A stretch of DNA of 52,972 nt from a virus. Its lineage: Duplodnaviria > Caudoviricetes. Positions within the stretch are counted from its first letter, which is position 1, and every line of letters begins with the position of its first letter. Under the pieces are notes generated by a model. That model searched no databases. It was not told the origin of the DNA and saw only the letters and a program-made list of their open reading frames with translations. A program made the position numbers and the translations under genes. Below, piece after piece: positions 22,701-29,985 of the stretch. The stretch spans positions 1 to 52,972 of the IMG/VR virus record IMGVR_UViG_3300020420_000019; one strand, given 5' to 3'.

Positions 22701-23605
22701 GTAGAGTCCAAGTAAGAAGTGATTACTTCAGTGTTCAAACTGCTGCAGGTAATAGTGACTTCTTGATGACAGATGATAAGACTCTTAAATTGATGTATGC
22801 AGATACTAGTGCATCTGGAGTCGGTGATAGAGTAATTATTAGAGCATCTGGTACAGAGTTACTTGGTATTACATCATTCATAGACAATGGTGTTTACAAA
22901 GGAGAAGTTTCAATCGGAACTTCTATTACAGCAACAGCAGGTGTTGTAACTGCAAATGCTGTAGATCTTGCTGATGCAGATATTCTTGATGCTAAAATCA
23001 CTGCAGGTTTAGCAACTGATTTTGCAATAACAAATCTAAAATCACAATCTGGTATCATAACCGATTTGAATGTCGCATCTGACATTAGAGTTGGTGGTGC
23101 TATGACTGTTACTGGTATAGCAACATTCTCACAAGATGTATTTGTTGCAGGTAACTTAAATGTTGTTGGTGATGTTGTATATGATGAGATAGATGGTAGA
23201 AATATAAACATCTCTGGAATATCTACTCTAAATAATTTGATCGTAACTGGTGTCAGTACAATATCTGACCTTCTGATCGGTGCAGGTAGTTCTACTACTA
23301 AAATAACAACTAATAGTGGTGAGTTAGTATTAGATTCTGCAGTAGGTCAAGTTACAATTCAAGATAATGTTCATGTCGTTGGATATGCAACATTTAAACA
23401 AGGATTATACTATCGTTCTGATCAGGGTGGAAGCACTGGTATAGGATATAGTGGTCCTAATGGTATGGCATACTTTGAGGATGATGGTAGACTAGTTAGT
23501 TCTGCAAGCACTGTAGGATTCTTAACTACCTCTGCATATGTTATGACAACAAATGCATCAGGTGTTCCACAGTGGACTAATTCAATTGATGGAGGCTTCT
23601 TCTAA
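16712..23605 (+). CDS. Large tail fibre/adhesin-like protein (YadA-type NIAIG repeats, repetitive shaft, beta-helix, LamG-like domain)
   Basis: ILIKR start; NIAIGxxA repeats; WFVSTNG..PFRTIAYAL (DUF1565/beta-helix start); DFTIEFW..WKHFAIAR..LFVDG..IDEVRI (concanavalin/LamG). Directly upstream of gp13. Confidence 0.8.
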   Translation: MSATILIKRTQGTSPPTAAPVGTGVSFGELIYTYDVANVGAGKSYKKLYIGDPSGNTEAPIPIGGEYYTQVIADNPADFGKPVANKAVILNSDAKVSSWTVATDLLVGAAATVSGDLSVSGDLNVTGDIVYDEANARNFNITGVATIATLGITSSLEVEVSTSGVGVVTALSGVGGTFLDWNATSAQFEQVNVSHATTVKNLTVTGISTIENNYDFRTQLIRIGREAGVLETDGNDRQGFFIGNFAGSEAGITTLTKRNIAIGHSAFQKGGKTQAESNLFVGNFAGQGAEGSYNIFLGDKAGQDLGSQTIIEYGETGEATTIQFSNGSTLPNDPYNYRAYGSIAAASITDISGGMFAIAVEALSDLSIVNTAVSGNLTFTIGGASNGHLDKTKAGPFTVKGTDDFGLLTDINDAIYLSSGSIGLSGTYGFLIVNAGITTTSGKENHLQNIALGREALWGAGISTDQSNNIAIGAYALYNVYGNDNIAIGQSAGKYNTGSGNVIIGLNQDVAQTTEDTQLIIGSGDTKWISGNNVGWVGIGTTTPDALLAVNGDVSVSGVATIPQIDVNDLGVEAAYVTAGIVTSLVGTYATITTLDVETLDAQNINITGVAVTDIVGTAATISVFDTETADLKDVKITAGIITDIVGTAATITTLDIVEGDIVNAKITAGIITDIVGTAATITTVDFNTADIVTATIGSGIVTTLDASSDVTIGGGLTVTQFVDLNNSLDVEKDFRVGGASTFVGNVTFKGGTIGLGDSISDNIVFNADIDSSFIPDDDDTYNIGSPSQQWKDIYINGVAYIDDLSVDSQVGTYATIGTLDVETLDAKDVNITGLAVTDIVGTAATITTISATEGDIVNAKITAGVVTSLVGTYATVSTVDIETLDAKDVNITGLAVTDIVGTAATISVFDAETADLNNIKVTTGLVTSLVGTYATITTLDVETLDAASISITGVAVTDIVGTAATIATLDVSNGDILNAKITAGVVTSLVGTYGTITTLDVETLDAKNTNITGLAVTDIVGTAASIATIDVTDLDALTAKINAGYITSLYDSTGVVGVNTQHMLSTNAAGQVVWKEPAQIGIATINAKLDTWFVSTNGVDDGEPSRGRTAERPFRTIAYALSQITNIGVNDVLSVSAGVYQETFPLTVPAGLTIRGAGLRATKVIPTNATKQKDAFLLNDRSVIEDITIADMFFNTSANEGYAFKYAPGIALTSRSPYVQRVTVFNKGSNVTSSDPYGYASADSNPSSYLSGGGAYLDGSEVASGSLEAAMLFNEVTFIVPNSKGVVLTNGSRCEYINCFTYFASEAIKGVSGSLGIHSAGQTRLRLTGITTVGVGNTITLFDTDGTTELGSAVVASYDGTYLGVTGKQLGFEVLNARTAKSVTFNDDAQLDTTVKKFGTAALKLDGSNDSISVPSSGDLGFGTNTDFTIEFWAYSNTTGLSSATLFDLRDNGTDAEGLSLAYRAAGEVDLRVGTTTAITGSGAGIATGVWKHFAIAREGTDTRLFVDGTQRGIKFSDTTDYGSSKGIVFGADFDGASNNVTGWIDEVRIEKGVAKYTANFTAPTSAPTGDKDTKLLLHFDGTSGIKTTSDDVIRNQDVRITQAGGGIGTATKVILADYSQFGADMRSVSCAVEYGQKGIIADGDGVTLRLFAINFNMVGAGGDISNDPNLAIQANEVTESNNGDVSYVSIDQKGDFRVGEAFFVDQENGTVSFSQQVTSLQALSNLTITDGSNSSQITPNSGTFGNIQIAGNNIESTSGDINIDPAGSGDINITGDVNILGILTATVIQLDAFQKNDTSIALDDSGSDGTIRFNTDNVEGMRLDANQKIGIATAAPRDRLDVLDTARFERINATGVVTFSDIADVNNIDIVDAKVLAGLATDFAITNAKIQSGIITDIVGTAATITTIDASALDAVDAKINTGIVTNFTVGQTIGNGSLTINSPVGLNSHTDIPDNVEVRIGDNTDFKIYHQDTDAFNNRGHVILQHANGNTTYGRVQVRSDYFSVQTAAGNSDFLMTDDKTLKLMYADTSASGVGDRVIIRASGTELLGITSFIDNGVYKGEVSIGTSITATAGVVTANAVDLADADILDAKITAGLATDFAITNLKSQSGIITDLNVASDIRVGGAMTVTGIATFSQDVFVAGNLNVVGDVVYDEIDGRNINISGISTLNNLIVTGVSTISDLLIGAGSSTTKITTNSGELVLDSAVGQVTIQDNVHVVGYATFKQGLYYRSDQGGSTGIGYSGPNGMAYFEDDGRLVSSASTVGFLTTSAYVMTTNASGVPQWTNSIDGGFF
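18430..19860 (+). repeat. Two blocks of ~25-aa tandem repeats in the fibre (TDIVGTAATI / TSLVGTYATI ... LDVETLDA)
   Basis: Repeats at about 18430-18830 and 19140-19860; recurrent DNA gatgtagaaacattagatgc and gttggtactgc. Confidence 0.9.
22346..23035 (+). repeat. Exact 33-nt direct repeat (22346-22378 and 23003-23035)
   Basis: gcaggtttagcaactgattttgcaataacaaat occurs twice, encoding AGLATDFAITN. Confidence 0.9.
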
Positions 23606-24426
23606 TGGCAAAACCTAGTAGTAGAGTAACATTACAAGACTATGTTTTTAGACAACTTGGTGCTCCTGTATTGGAGGTCAATGTTGCTGATGAGCAGTTC
23701 GATGATTTACTAGATGACTCTCTACAATATTTTTATGAGAGACATTTTGATGGTGTAGAAAAAGTATTGCTAAAATATAAATTAACAGAAGATGATATTA
23801 AAAGAGGTAGAGCTAGAGGTGGTACTAATACATTAGGTATTACAACTACAACAACTACATCTGGTGATTTTGAAGAGAACTCAAATTACTTGACAGTTCC
23901 TGATTCTGTAATTGGTATTGAAAAGGTCATGAACTTTGACAGTAGTGGACTTAGTAATGGTATGTTTAATTTAAAATATCAACTATTCTTAAATGATATT
24001 GCATTCAATTTAGGATATGATGGTCTTCTAAATTATTCTATGACAAAAACATATCTAGAAGATATTAACTTCTTATTGACAACATCAACACAGGTCAGAT
24101 TTAATAAAAGAAATAATAAATTATATCTTGATATTGATTGGGCATCTGCAACAGTAAGTCATTTTGTATTGATAGAGTGTTACAGAATTATGGATCCTGC
24201 AAATTATGCAGGAGTATATAACGACTCATTCTTAAAAAGATATGTTGTTGCAAAAACTAAAAAACAATGGGGACAAAACCTCATAAAATTCCAAGGAGTA
24301 AAACTACCTGGCGGGACTGAGTTAAATGGCAGACAAATTTATGAAGATGGTGACTTAGAGTTAAGAGAACTCGAACAAAATATGCTATCTACTTATGAAG
24401 TTCCTGTACTTGACATGATTGGATAA
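23605..24426 (+). CDS. gp13: Neck protein gp13
   Basis: LGAPVLEVNV, ERHFDG, QWGQNLIKFQGVKLPGG. Confidence 0.92.
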   Translation: MAKPSSRVTLQDYVFRQLGAPVLEVNVADEQFDDLLDDSLQYFYERHFDGVEKVLLKYKLTEDDIKRGRARGGTNTLGITTTTTTSGDFEENSNYLTVPDSVIGIEKVMNFDSSGLSNGMFNLKYQLFLNDIAFNLGYDGLLNYSMTKTYLEDINFLLTTSTQVRFNKRNNKLYLDIDWASATVSHFVLIECYRIMDPANYAGVYNDSFLKRYVVAKTKKQWGQNLIKFQGVKLPGGTELNGRQIYEDGDLELRELEQNMLSTYEVPVLDMIG

Positions 24427-25871
24427 TGCCTGTATCACCTTTTTTCCAACACGGTTCACCCGAAGAACAGAGATTGGTACAGTCTCTGGTAGACGAGCAT
24501 TTGAAAATGTTTGGAATAGATGTTTATTATATTCCTAGAAAATTAATAGCGACTGATGATATATTAGGTGAGGTTCAGTCATCTAAATTTAATGATAATT
24601 ATTTGATGGAAGCATACCTAAACAACTATGAAGGATATGCAAAAGGTAGTGATATAATGACTAAGTTTGGTATAAATTTACAGAACGAAATTACACTAAC
24701 AATATCTAGAGAAAGGTTTGAAGATTTTATAGCACCATTTCAATTTAACTCTACTAACTTACAAGGTGATCAAGATGGTGACTTATTATTTGGAACTAGA
24801 CCTAAAGAGGGAGATCTTATATTCTTCCCATTAGGAGAAAGATTATTTGAAATAAAGCATGTAGAACATGAGATGCCTTTCTTCCAGTTAGGTAAAAATT
24901 ATACTTATGAATTACAATGTGAACTCTTCCAGTTACAAGACGAAATTATTGACACCAATGTTGCTCAAATTGATACTAGATTGAGTGAAGAAGGAAATAT
25001 AACAACTGTTGTTCTTGCAGGTATTGGTTCTACAGCACAAATAGCTGTAGATACATTTGCACCGTCAGGAGCATTACAGAAAATTACATTAAATGACGAT
25101 GGATCTGGATATACAACTCCACCAAGTATTGTTGTAAGTCCATCACCTGCAGGTGTATCAGATGCTATGGGTCAGGCAGTTGCTATTACAACTCAAAAAG
25201 GTCTACTCAATGCAATAGATTTTGTTGCAATTACCAATCCTGGTTTTGCATATGTTGAACCACCTACAATAGGATTTGGAACGCCAGGTGTGGGTGCTGC
25301 TGCAACTGCTACATTGACTAACTCAGGTATTGGATCTATTAGAATTTCACAACCAGGTTCTAATTATGTTGCTGCACCTATTATAACTATACAACATCCA
25401 TCAGATGTTGGAATTGGAACTACAGGAACTGTAGGTATTAAGACAGGTCAAGTACAAGCAACTGCTGTGGGAATAATACAAGGATCTGTTCTTTCTAGCA
25501 TATTCTTAACTAATGCAGGTTCTGGATATGAGGGCATTCCAACTGTTACAGTTAGTTCTCCTCTAGCAATAGGAATAGGAACATATCACCTAAATGAAAG
25601 AGTGGTTGGATCTGATTCTGGCACTGAAGCATATGTACAAAGTTGGAACGAAACTACTAGAGAATTACAAATTACAATAAATACTGGTGATTTCAGAGCA
25701 GGAGAGTTTATAACTGGTACTGCATCGTCTGCAAGATACCAAGTGCTTTCATACACTGATGACTTAAGTGATCATGCTGCAGGATCTGAATACAACATGA
25801 ATGAAGAATTTGAAACTGCTGCTGATGCACTTTTAGACTTCACTGAATCTAATCCCTTTGGAGATGTATAA
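24426..25871 (+). CDS. gp14: Neck protein gp14 with internal repeat insertion
   Basis: GIDVYYIPR, RPKEGDLIFFP, FEIKHVEHE, PFFQLGKNY, C-terminal DFTESNPFG. Confidence 0.92.
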   Translation: MPVSPFFQHGSPEEQRLVQSLVDEHLKMFGIDVYYIPRKLIATDDILGEVQSSKFNDNYLMEAYLNNYEGYAKGSDIMTKFGINLQNEITLTISRERFEDFIAPFQFNSTNLQGDQDGDLLFGTRPKEGDLIFFPLGERLFEIKHVEHEMPFFQLGKNYTYELQCELFQLQDEIIDTNVAQIDTRLSEEGNITTVVLAGIGSTAQIAVDTFAPSGALQKITLNDDGSGYTTPPSIVVSPSPAGVSDAMGQAVAITTQKGLLNAIDFVAITNPGFAYVEPPTIGFGTPGVGAAATATLTNSGIGSIRISQPGSNYVAAPIITIQHPSDVGIGTTGTVGIKTGQVQATAVGIIQGSVLSSIFLTNAGSGYEGIPTVTVSSPLAIGIGTYHLNERVVGSDSGTEAYVQSWNETTRELQITINTGDFRAGEFITGTASSARYQVLSYTDDLSDHAAGSEYNMNEEFETAADALLDFTESNPFGDV

Positions 25872-26677
25872 TGTTAGGTACTTATTTTTACCATGAAATT
25901 ATAAGAAAAACAATTATCGGTTTCGGTACATTGTTTAATGATATTCAAATCAGACATGAAGATAGGAATGGAGGAACTCTTAGTGAAACTAAAGTCCCTT
26001 TAACTTACGGTCCTAAACAAAAATTCTTAGCAAAATTACAGCAACAGGAAGAACTATCAAAAGCAGTTGCTATAACATTACCTAGAATGTCATTTGAGAT
26101 GAATGACATGTCATATGATCCTAGCAGAAAATCAAGCATTACTAGAACATTCAAAGCAACTGATACTACAGACAATACTAAAGCAAAGAAAGTATATCTT
26201 CCTGTCCCATATAACATAGGATTTGAATTAAATGTAATGACAAAATTAAATGATGATGCATTACAAATTGTAGAACAGATATTACCATTCTTCCAACCTG
26301 CATTTAACATTACAATAGACTTAGTAAGTTCTATTGGAGAGAAAAGAGATATTCCTATTGTATTGGAAAATATTAATTTTGAAGATGAGTATGAATCAGA
26401 TTTTCAAACTAGAAGAGTCTTGATGTATACTTTTAATTTTAATGCTAAAACTTATCTCTTCGGTCCTGTTGCAGATAGTACAGATGGACTAATCAAAAAA
26501 GTTCAAGTGGATTACTATTCTAATACTGAAACAGATACTGCTAAGAGAGAAATGAGATACAAAGTACAACCAGATCCTTTAACTGCAGGACCTGCAGATG
26601 ACTTTGGATTTAGTGAGAGCACTGAGATGTTTAGTGATTCTAAGATTTACAGTCCAACTAGAAGAGAGGATGTATAA
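25871..26677 (+). CDS. gp15: Tail sheath stabiliser/terminator gp15
   Basis: YFYHEIIRKTIIGFGTLFN, TLPRMSFE, PVPYNIGFEL, EQILPFFQP. Confidence 0.93.
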   Translation: MLGTYFYHEIIRKTIIGFGTLFNDIQIRHEDRNGGTLSETKVPLTYGPKQKFLAKLQQQEELSKAVAITLPRMSFEMNDMSYDPSRKSSITRTFKATDTTDNTKAKKVYLPVPYNIGFELNVMTKLNDDALQIVEQILPFFQPAFNITIDLVSSIGEKRDIPIVLENINFEDEYESDFQTRRVLMYTFNFNAKTYLFGPVADSTDGLIKKVQVDYYSNTETDTAKREMRYKVQPDPLTAGPADDFGFSESTEMFSDSKIYSPTRREDV

Positions 26678-27096
26678 TGTCTAAACCAATAGACGACGCA
26701 TTAAATACTACATCTGATGATCATGCTTATGTACAAAAGTTTAATAAGCATAAAGATGTACCTGAGAAAAAAGATCATGGTGCTGAGATAGATAAAGACT
26801 ATCAATACTCCAGAGCACAGTTATATAACTTAATAGAAAAAGGGCAAGAAACTCTGGATGGTATAATGGATGTAGCAAATGAATCTGGATCTCCTAGAGC
26901 ATTTGAAGTGGCAGGTCAGGTCTTAAAGTCAACTGCTGATATAGCAGACAAACTAATGGATCTTCAAAAAAAGGTGAAAGAAATTGACGAGACTAAAAAC
27001 AACACTACAAATCATGTTACTAATAACGCTATTTTCACTGGCAGCACTGCCGAGTTGCAGAAACTCATCAAGAAAGGATTCTTAGATACTAAATAA
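26677..27096 (+). CDS. gp16: Terminase small subunit gp16
   Basis: DYQYSRAQLYNLIEKG, SPRAFEVAGQ, NNAIFTGSTAELQK. Confidence 0.9.
   Translation: MSKPIDDALNTTSDDHAYVQKFNKHKDVPEKKDHGAEIDKDYQYSRAQLYNLIEKGQETLDGIMDVANESGSPRAFEVAGQVLKSTADIADKLMDLQKKVKEIDETKNNTTNHVTNNAIFTGSTAELQKLIKKGFLDTK
27088..27095 (+). promoter_or_regulatory. Probable late promoter variant ACTAAATA
   Basis: Overlaps the gp16 stop, 22 nt before the next ATG. Confidence 0.55.
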
Positions 27097-27117
27097 GGCT
27101 AGAATAAATTATAATTC

Positions 27118-27546
27118 ATGTCAGAAGTAAAGAAGGAAGAGAAAGGTATCTTTGGCAAAATCAAAGATAAAGTACTTCCTGATCAGGACGAACAAGCTGC
27201 TATTATTAGTACCTTTGTGCGTCTTGGTGTTTTGGTATGGTCAGGTGGTATACTAACATTAAACTATGTTGCTATACCTGGTGTACCTCAACAAAAGATA
27301 GATCCAACTTTCATAGCTTCGGTTTTTACAGGAGTTTTAGCTAGTTTTGGCATCCAAACGGCTAGTAAGAAAGGTGATGGAACTATGAAAATGCCACCTG
27401 GCGGTGGTAGTGGACCTAATGGTAATATATCTAAAGCAGATATGGAGAGGTTGATTGACAAAGCAACTCAAGCAGCACCCGTACAGACTATTAGATTAGA
27501 ACAAGCACCATTGGTCATTAACCCCTCAACTCCAAAGAAAAGTTAA
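27118..27546 (+). CDS. Two-TM membrane protein, conserved cyanophage/cyanobacterial hypothetical
   Basis: Hydrophobic segments FVRLGVLVWSGGILTLNYV and IDPTFIASVFTGVLASFGI. Confidence 0.75.
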   Translation: MSEVKKEEKGIFGKIKDKVLPDQDEQAAIISTFVRLGVLVWSGGILTLNYVAIPGVPQQKIDPTFIASVFTGVLASFGIQTASKKGDGTMKMPPGGGSGPNGNISKADMERLIDKATQAAPVQTIRLEQAPLVINPSTPKKS

Positions 27547-27548
27547 TC

Positions 27549-27797
27549 ATGCAAAAAGTTATTAATGGAATCGCTATTTTCTCAGGTGCAGTAGCACTTG
27601 GAATAGTCGGTCTTGGTGGATATGTATTCATCAGAAAAGATGCTATAATAGATAGTGTCAAAGGTAAAATTATGGAATCAGTTATGCCTAGCATACCTGG
27701 TGTTGGTGGATTAGGTGGTTCATTACCTGATCTTGGTGGCGGGGCTGAGAAGTCAATACCTCCTGTAGGTACAGGGTTTGGCATTCCTAGTTTGTAA
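27549..27797 (+). CDS. Single-TM hypothetical protein with Gly/Pro-rich tail
   Basis: N-terminal hydrophobic helix INGIAIFSGAVALGIVGLGGYVFI. Confidence 0.75.
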   Translation: MQKVINGIAIFSGAVALGIVGLGGYVFIRKDAIIDSVKGKIMESVMPSIPGVGGLGGSLPDLGGGAEKSIPPVGTGFGIPSL

Positions 27798-27811
27798 ACT
27801 AACTTTTTATT

Positions 27812-28435
27812 ATGTTTAAATATGATGCGATTTCTCCTCCTGTCTCAGGATGGTTAGAAATTTCTTTGGATACAGAGGTAATTGATTATCTCTGGAAAGT
27901 TATCCATGCGTCAAGATTTCCTGGCTTAAATGTAAAAGGATCTCTTGCAGGTAACATTTCAAAGAGCACAGGTCTTAAAGATACAGATGACTGGTTTTTA
28001 AATAATGTGCTAAAGGATTGTGTTGAGAACTATAAAAAAGAATTTCCATTTACAATTAGAAAACCTGACACTATATCAGATCGCAATATAGCGTTAGATG
28101 GTTTCTGGGTTAATCATCAAAGGAAACATGAGTTTAATCCTGCACATGATCATTCGGGTGCATACTCGTTTGTTATATGGATGAAGATACCAACAGAATC
28201 AAAAGAACAGCACAGTCTACCTTTCTTACAAGATGTTGGACAACCATGTGCTTCTAATTTTGACTTGACTTATATTGATACAACAGGTACAATATATCCA
28301 TATCCATATTTTATGGATCCTGATAAGGAAGGTAAGATGTTATTTTTTCCTTCTACATTTAAACATTGTGTATATCCTTTTTATGTTAGCGATGAAGAAA
28401 GGATCTCAATATCTGGTAACATTTTTTATACATAA
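27812..28435 (+). CDS. Putative 2OG-Fe(II) oxygenase
   Basis: WVN..EFNPAHDH..SFVIW, FFPS..HCVYPF, RISISGN (HxH...H...R-x-S signature, TIGR02466-like). Confidence 0.85.
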   Translation: MFKYDAISPPVSGWLEISLDTEVIDYLWKVIHASRFPGLNVKGSLAGNISKSTGLKDTDDWFLNNVLKDCVENYKKEFPFTIRKPDTISDRNIALDGFWVNHQRKHEFNPAHDHSGAYSFVIWMKIPTESKEQHSLPFLQDVGQPCASNFDLTYIDTTGTIYPYPYFMDPDKEGKMLFFPSTFKHCVYPFYVSDEERISISGNIFYT

Positions 28436-28450
28436 AAGTAAAGATTGAAC

Positions 28451-28609
28451 ATGGCACTCTCAGACAAAACTCAAAAACTATTTGATAAATTTGTTGAATG
28501 GGACAAGAGACTTATTAAAAAGTTTCAAGATAAGTTTGGGTTGTCAGATTATCAAATGAAATGCATAGCGTTTGCCAAGGGGTTTATAATAGGTGCAATC
28601 CTTCTCTGA
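28451..28609 (+). CDS. 52-aa hypothetical protein (not in ORF track)
   Basis: MALSDKTQKLFDKFVEWDKRLIKKFQDKFGLSDYQMKCIAFAKGFIIGAILL; fills the gap between genes and has a hydrophobic C-terminus. Confidence 0.75.
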   Translation: MALSDKTQKLFDKFVEWDKRLIKKFQDKFGLSDYQMKCIAFAKGFIIGAILL

Positions 28610-28862
28610 TAAAATTAAAGAATCCATAGATCCTATAAAACAACATATAGAAGGTGATGGTGGGAGTGTAGAATTTATTGAGTTAACAGAGGACTTAATA
28701 GTAAGACTTAAAGTATCTGGATCTACTAAACCATGTTTTGATTGTCCAGACCCTATGAAATATTGTACTCCATGTATAATGGATACAAGACACCTACAAA
28801 GTGAAATAAGAAGACATCTTACAGAATCTTTTTCGGAATTGAATGGCATTGAATACGATTGA
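28593..28862 (+). CDS. NifU/NfuA C-terminal domain-like protein
   Basis: IDPIKQHIEGDGGSVEFIE...VRLKVSG resembles the NifU_C 'IRPxLxxDGGDVE..VxLxG' core. Carries CFDC and CTPC. GTG start. Confidence 0.7.
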   Translation: MQSFSDKIKESIDPIKQHIEGDGGSVEFIELTEDLIVRLKVSGSTKPCFDCPDPMKYCTPCIMDTRHLQSEIRRHLTESFSELNGIEYD

Positions 28863-29379
28863 CACAGTAACTGTCAAAAAAGAGTTACCAATTTTTACAG
28901 TGAAGTTACCTGAGTTAGATGTTTCTCATGTAATAGAAGAGTATAGAAATTTATATCCCGAAGATTATAACAAAGAATTACCCAATGCTCCTGTAAGATC
29001 TTCTTGGAGAAGTAACATGTGGGCAATGGACTATCCTAAATTAAAATCATTTGTTTCAATAGTTACTAAATGTTGTGAGACTGTTGGTCGTGACTATTTT
29101 CATATGAGAGAAGATACAAAATTTGAATGTAATAATTTATGGATGATGCGTTATAATAAAGGTGATTATGCAAAACCACATAATCATTTTCCAAACGATC
29201 TATCATGTGTATATTATGCTAAAGTAGATAAAGATAGTGCTCCTATAATTTTTGAAGGAGATGTAGAAATAAAACCAGTTAATAATTTATTAATAATTTT
29301 CCCGTCGTTGCTCTTACATGAAGTTCCATTAACAAACGGTCAGCGAACCGCAATATCACTGAACTTTCGAGCAAATTAA
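28843..29379 (+). CDS. Putative 2OG-Fe(II) oxygenase
   Basis: W..Y.KGDYAKPHNH, SCVYY, IIFPSLLLHEVP, RTAISLN. Confidence 0.85.
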   Translation: MALNTIDTVTVKKELPIFTVKLPELDVSHVIEEYRNLYPEDYNKELPNAPVRSSWRSNMWAMDYPKLKSFVSIVTKCCETVGRDYFHMREDTKFECNNLWMMRYNKGDYAKPHNHFPNDLSCVYYAKVDKDSAPIIFEGDVEIKPVNNLLIIFPSLLLHEVPLTNGQRTAISLNFRAN

Positions 29380-29417
29380 CCTCATACATAATATTAATTA
29401 ATCACTATTATTAGTTT

Positions 29418-29717
29418 ATGTTATCAACAGCATATCGTCTACGGTTAGTAGAAATCTGCAAATCAATTGCAGCAGGTCAAGAGGTGAATTTGGAAGACAT
29501 GATATGGGCAGAGAAACTGTCAAAAGCAAACACATCTGCTAGAGGTATGTTAAGTTCGGCACGAAGATTAAACAGGGATGATGACTCGTCTTTTCTTAAG
29601 TACTTGGATATTGGGGACTCTGATCCAAGGTTACACAAAAGGGGTTTCAGTGGAGCAGATGATATAGCAGATTGGTTTAAAAACAAAAGGTCAGATGACT
29701 GGAGGCAAAGAGACTAA
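29418..29717 (+). CDS. Conserved cyanophage hypothetical protein
   Basis: MLSTAYRLRL..DMIWAEKL..DDWRQRD, recalled from the gp16-gp17 interval of cyanomyophages. Confidence 0.8.
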   Translation: MLSTAYRLRLVEICKSIAAGQEVNLEDMIWAEKLSKANTSARGMLSSARRLNRDDDSSFLKYLDIGDSDPRLHKRGFSGADDIADWFKNKRSDDWRQRD

Positions 29718-29881
29718 TGAATGGTAGACTAGACAAAGTTGCAATGACAAATAAACTTATGCAACTCAAAAGAGAAATACATTACAAGTGTGAGATAGGA
29801 GAAAAGAATGAAGGATATTGCAGAGGAGCAAATGATTATCTCAATAGAACTTTTGATGTATTAGATGAATATTGGCAATGA
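29717..29881 (+). CDS. 54-aa hypothetical protein (not in ORF track)
   Basis: MNGRLDKVAMTNKLMQLKREIHYKCEIGEKNEGYCRGANDYLNRTFDVLDEYWQ; TAATG and ATGA overlaps with neighbours. Confidence 0.75.
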   Translation: MNGRLDKVAMTNKLMQLKREIHYKCEIGEKNEGYCRGANDYLNRTFDVLDEYWQ

Positions 29882-29985
29882 CAGTAGTTCATAGTGTTAA
29901 TATAATGGTGTTGATACTAGTGATAGCAGTTACTATTGTCATCGCATATATAATGAAGATGGCATATGAGGAGATGAATGGCTGA
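29878..29985 (+). CDS. 35-aa single-TM peptide (not in ORF track)
   Basis: MTVVHSVNIMVLILVIAVTIVIAYIMKMAYEEMNG; coupled to upstream ORF and overlapping the gp17 start. Confidence 0.65.
   Translation: MTVVHSVNIMVLILVIAVTIVIAYIMKMAYEEMNG

Noticed and set aside
22346-23035. Possible DGR template/variable repeat pair
   Set aside because: The copies are short and identical, with no adenine-specific differences and no reverse transcriptase in the window.
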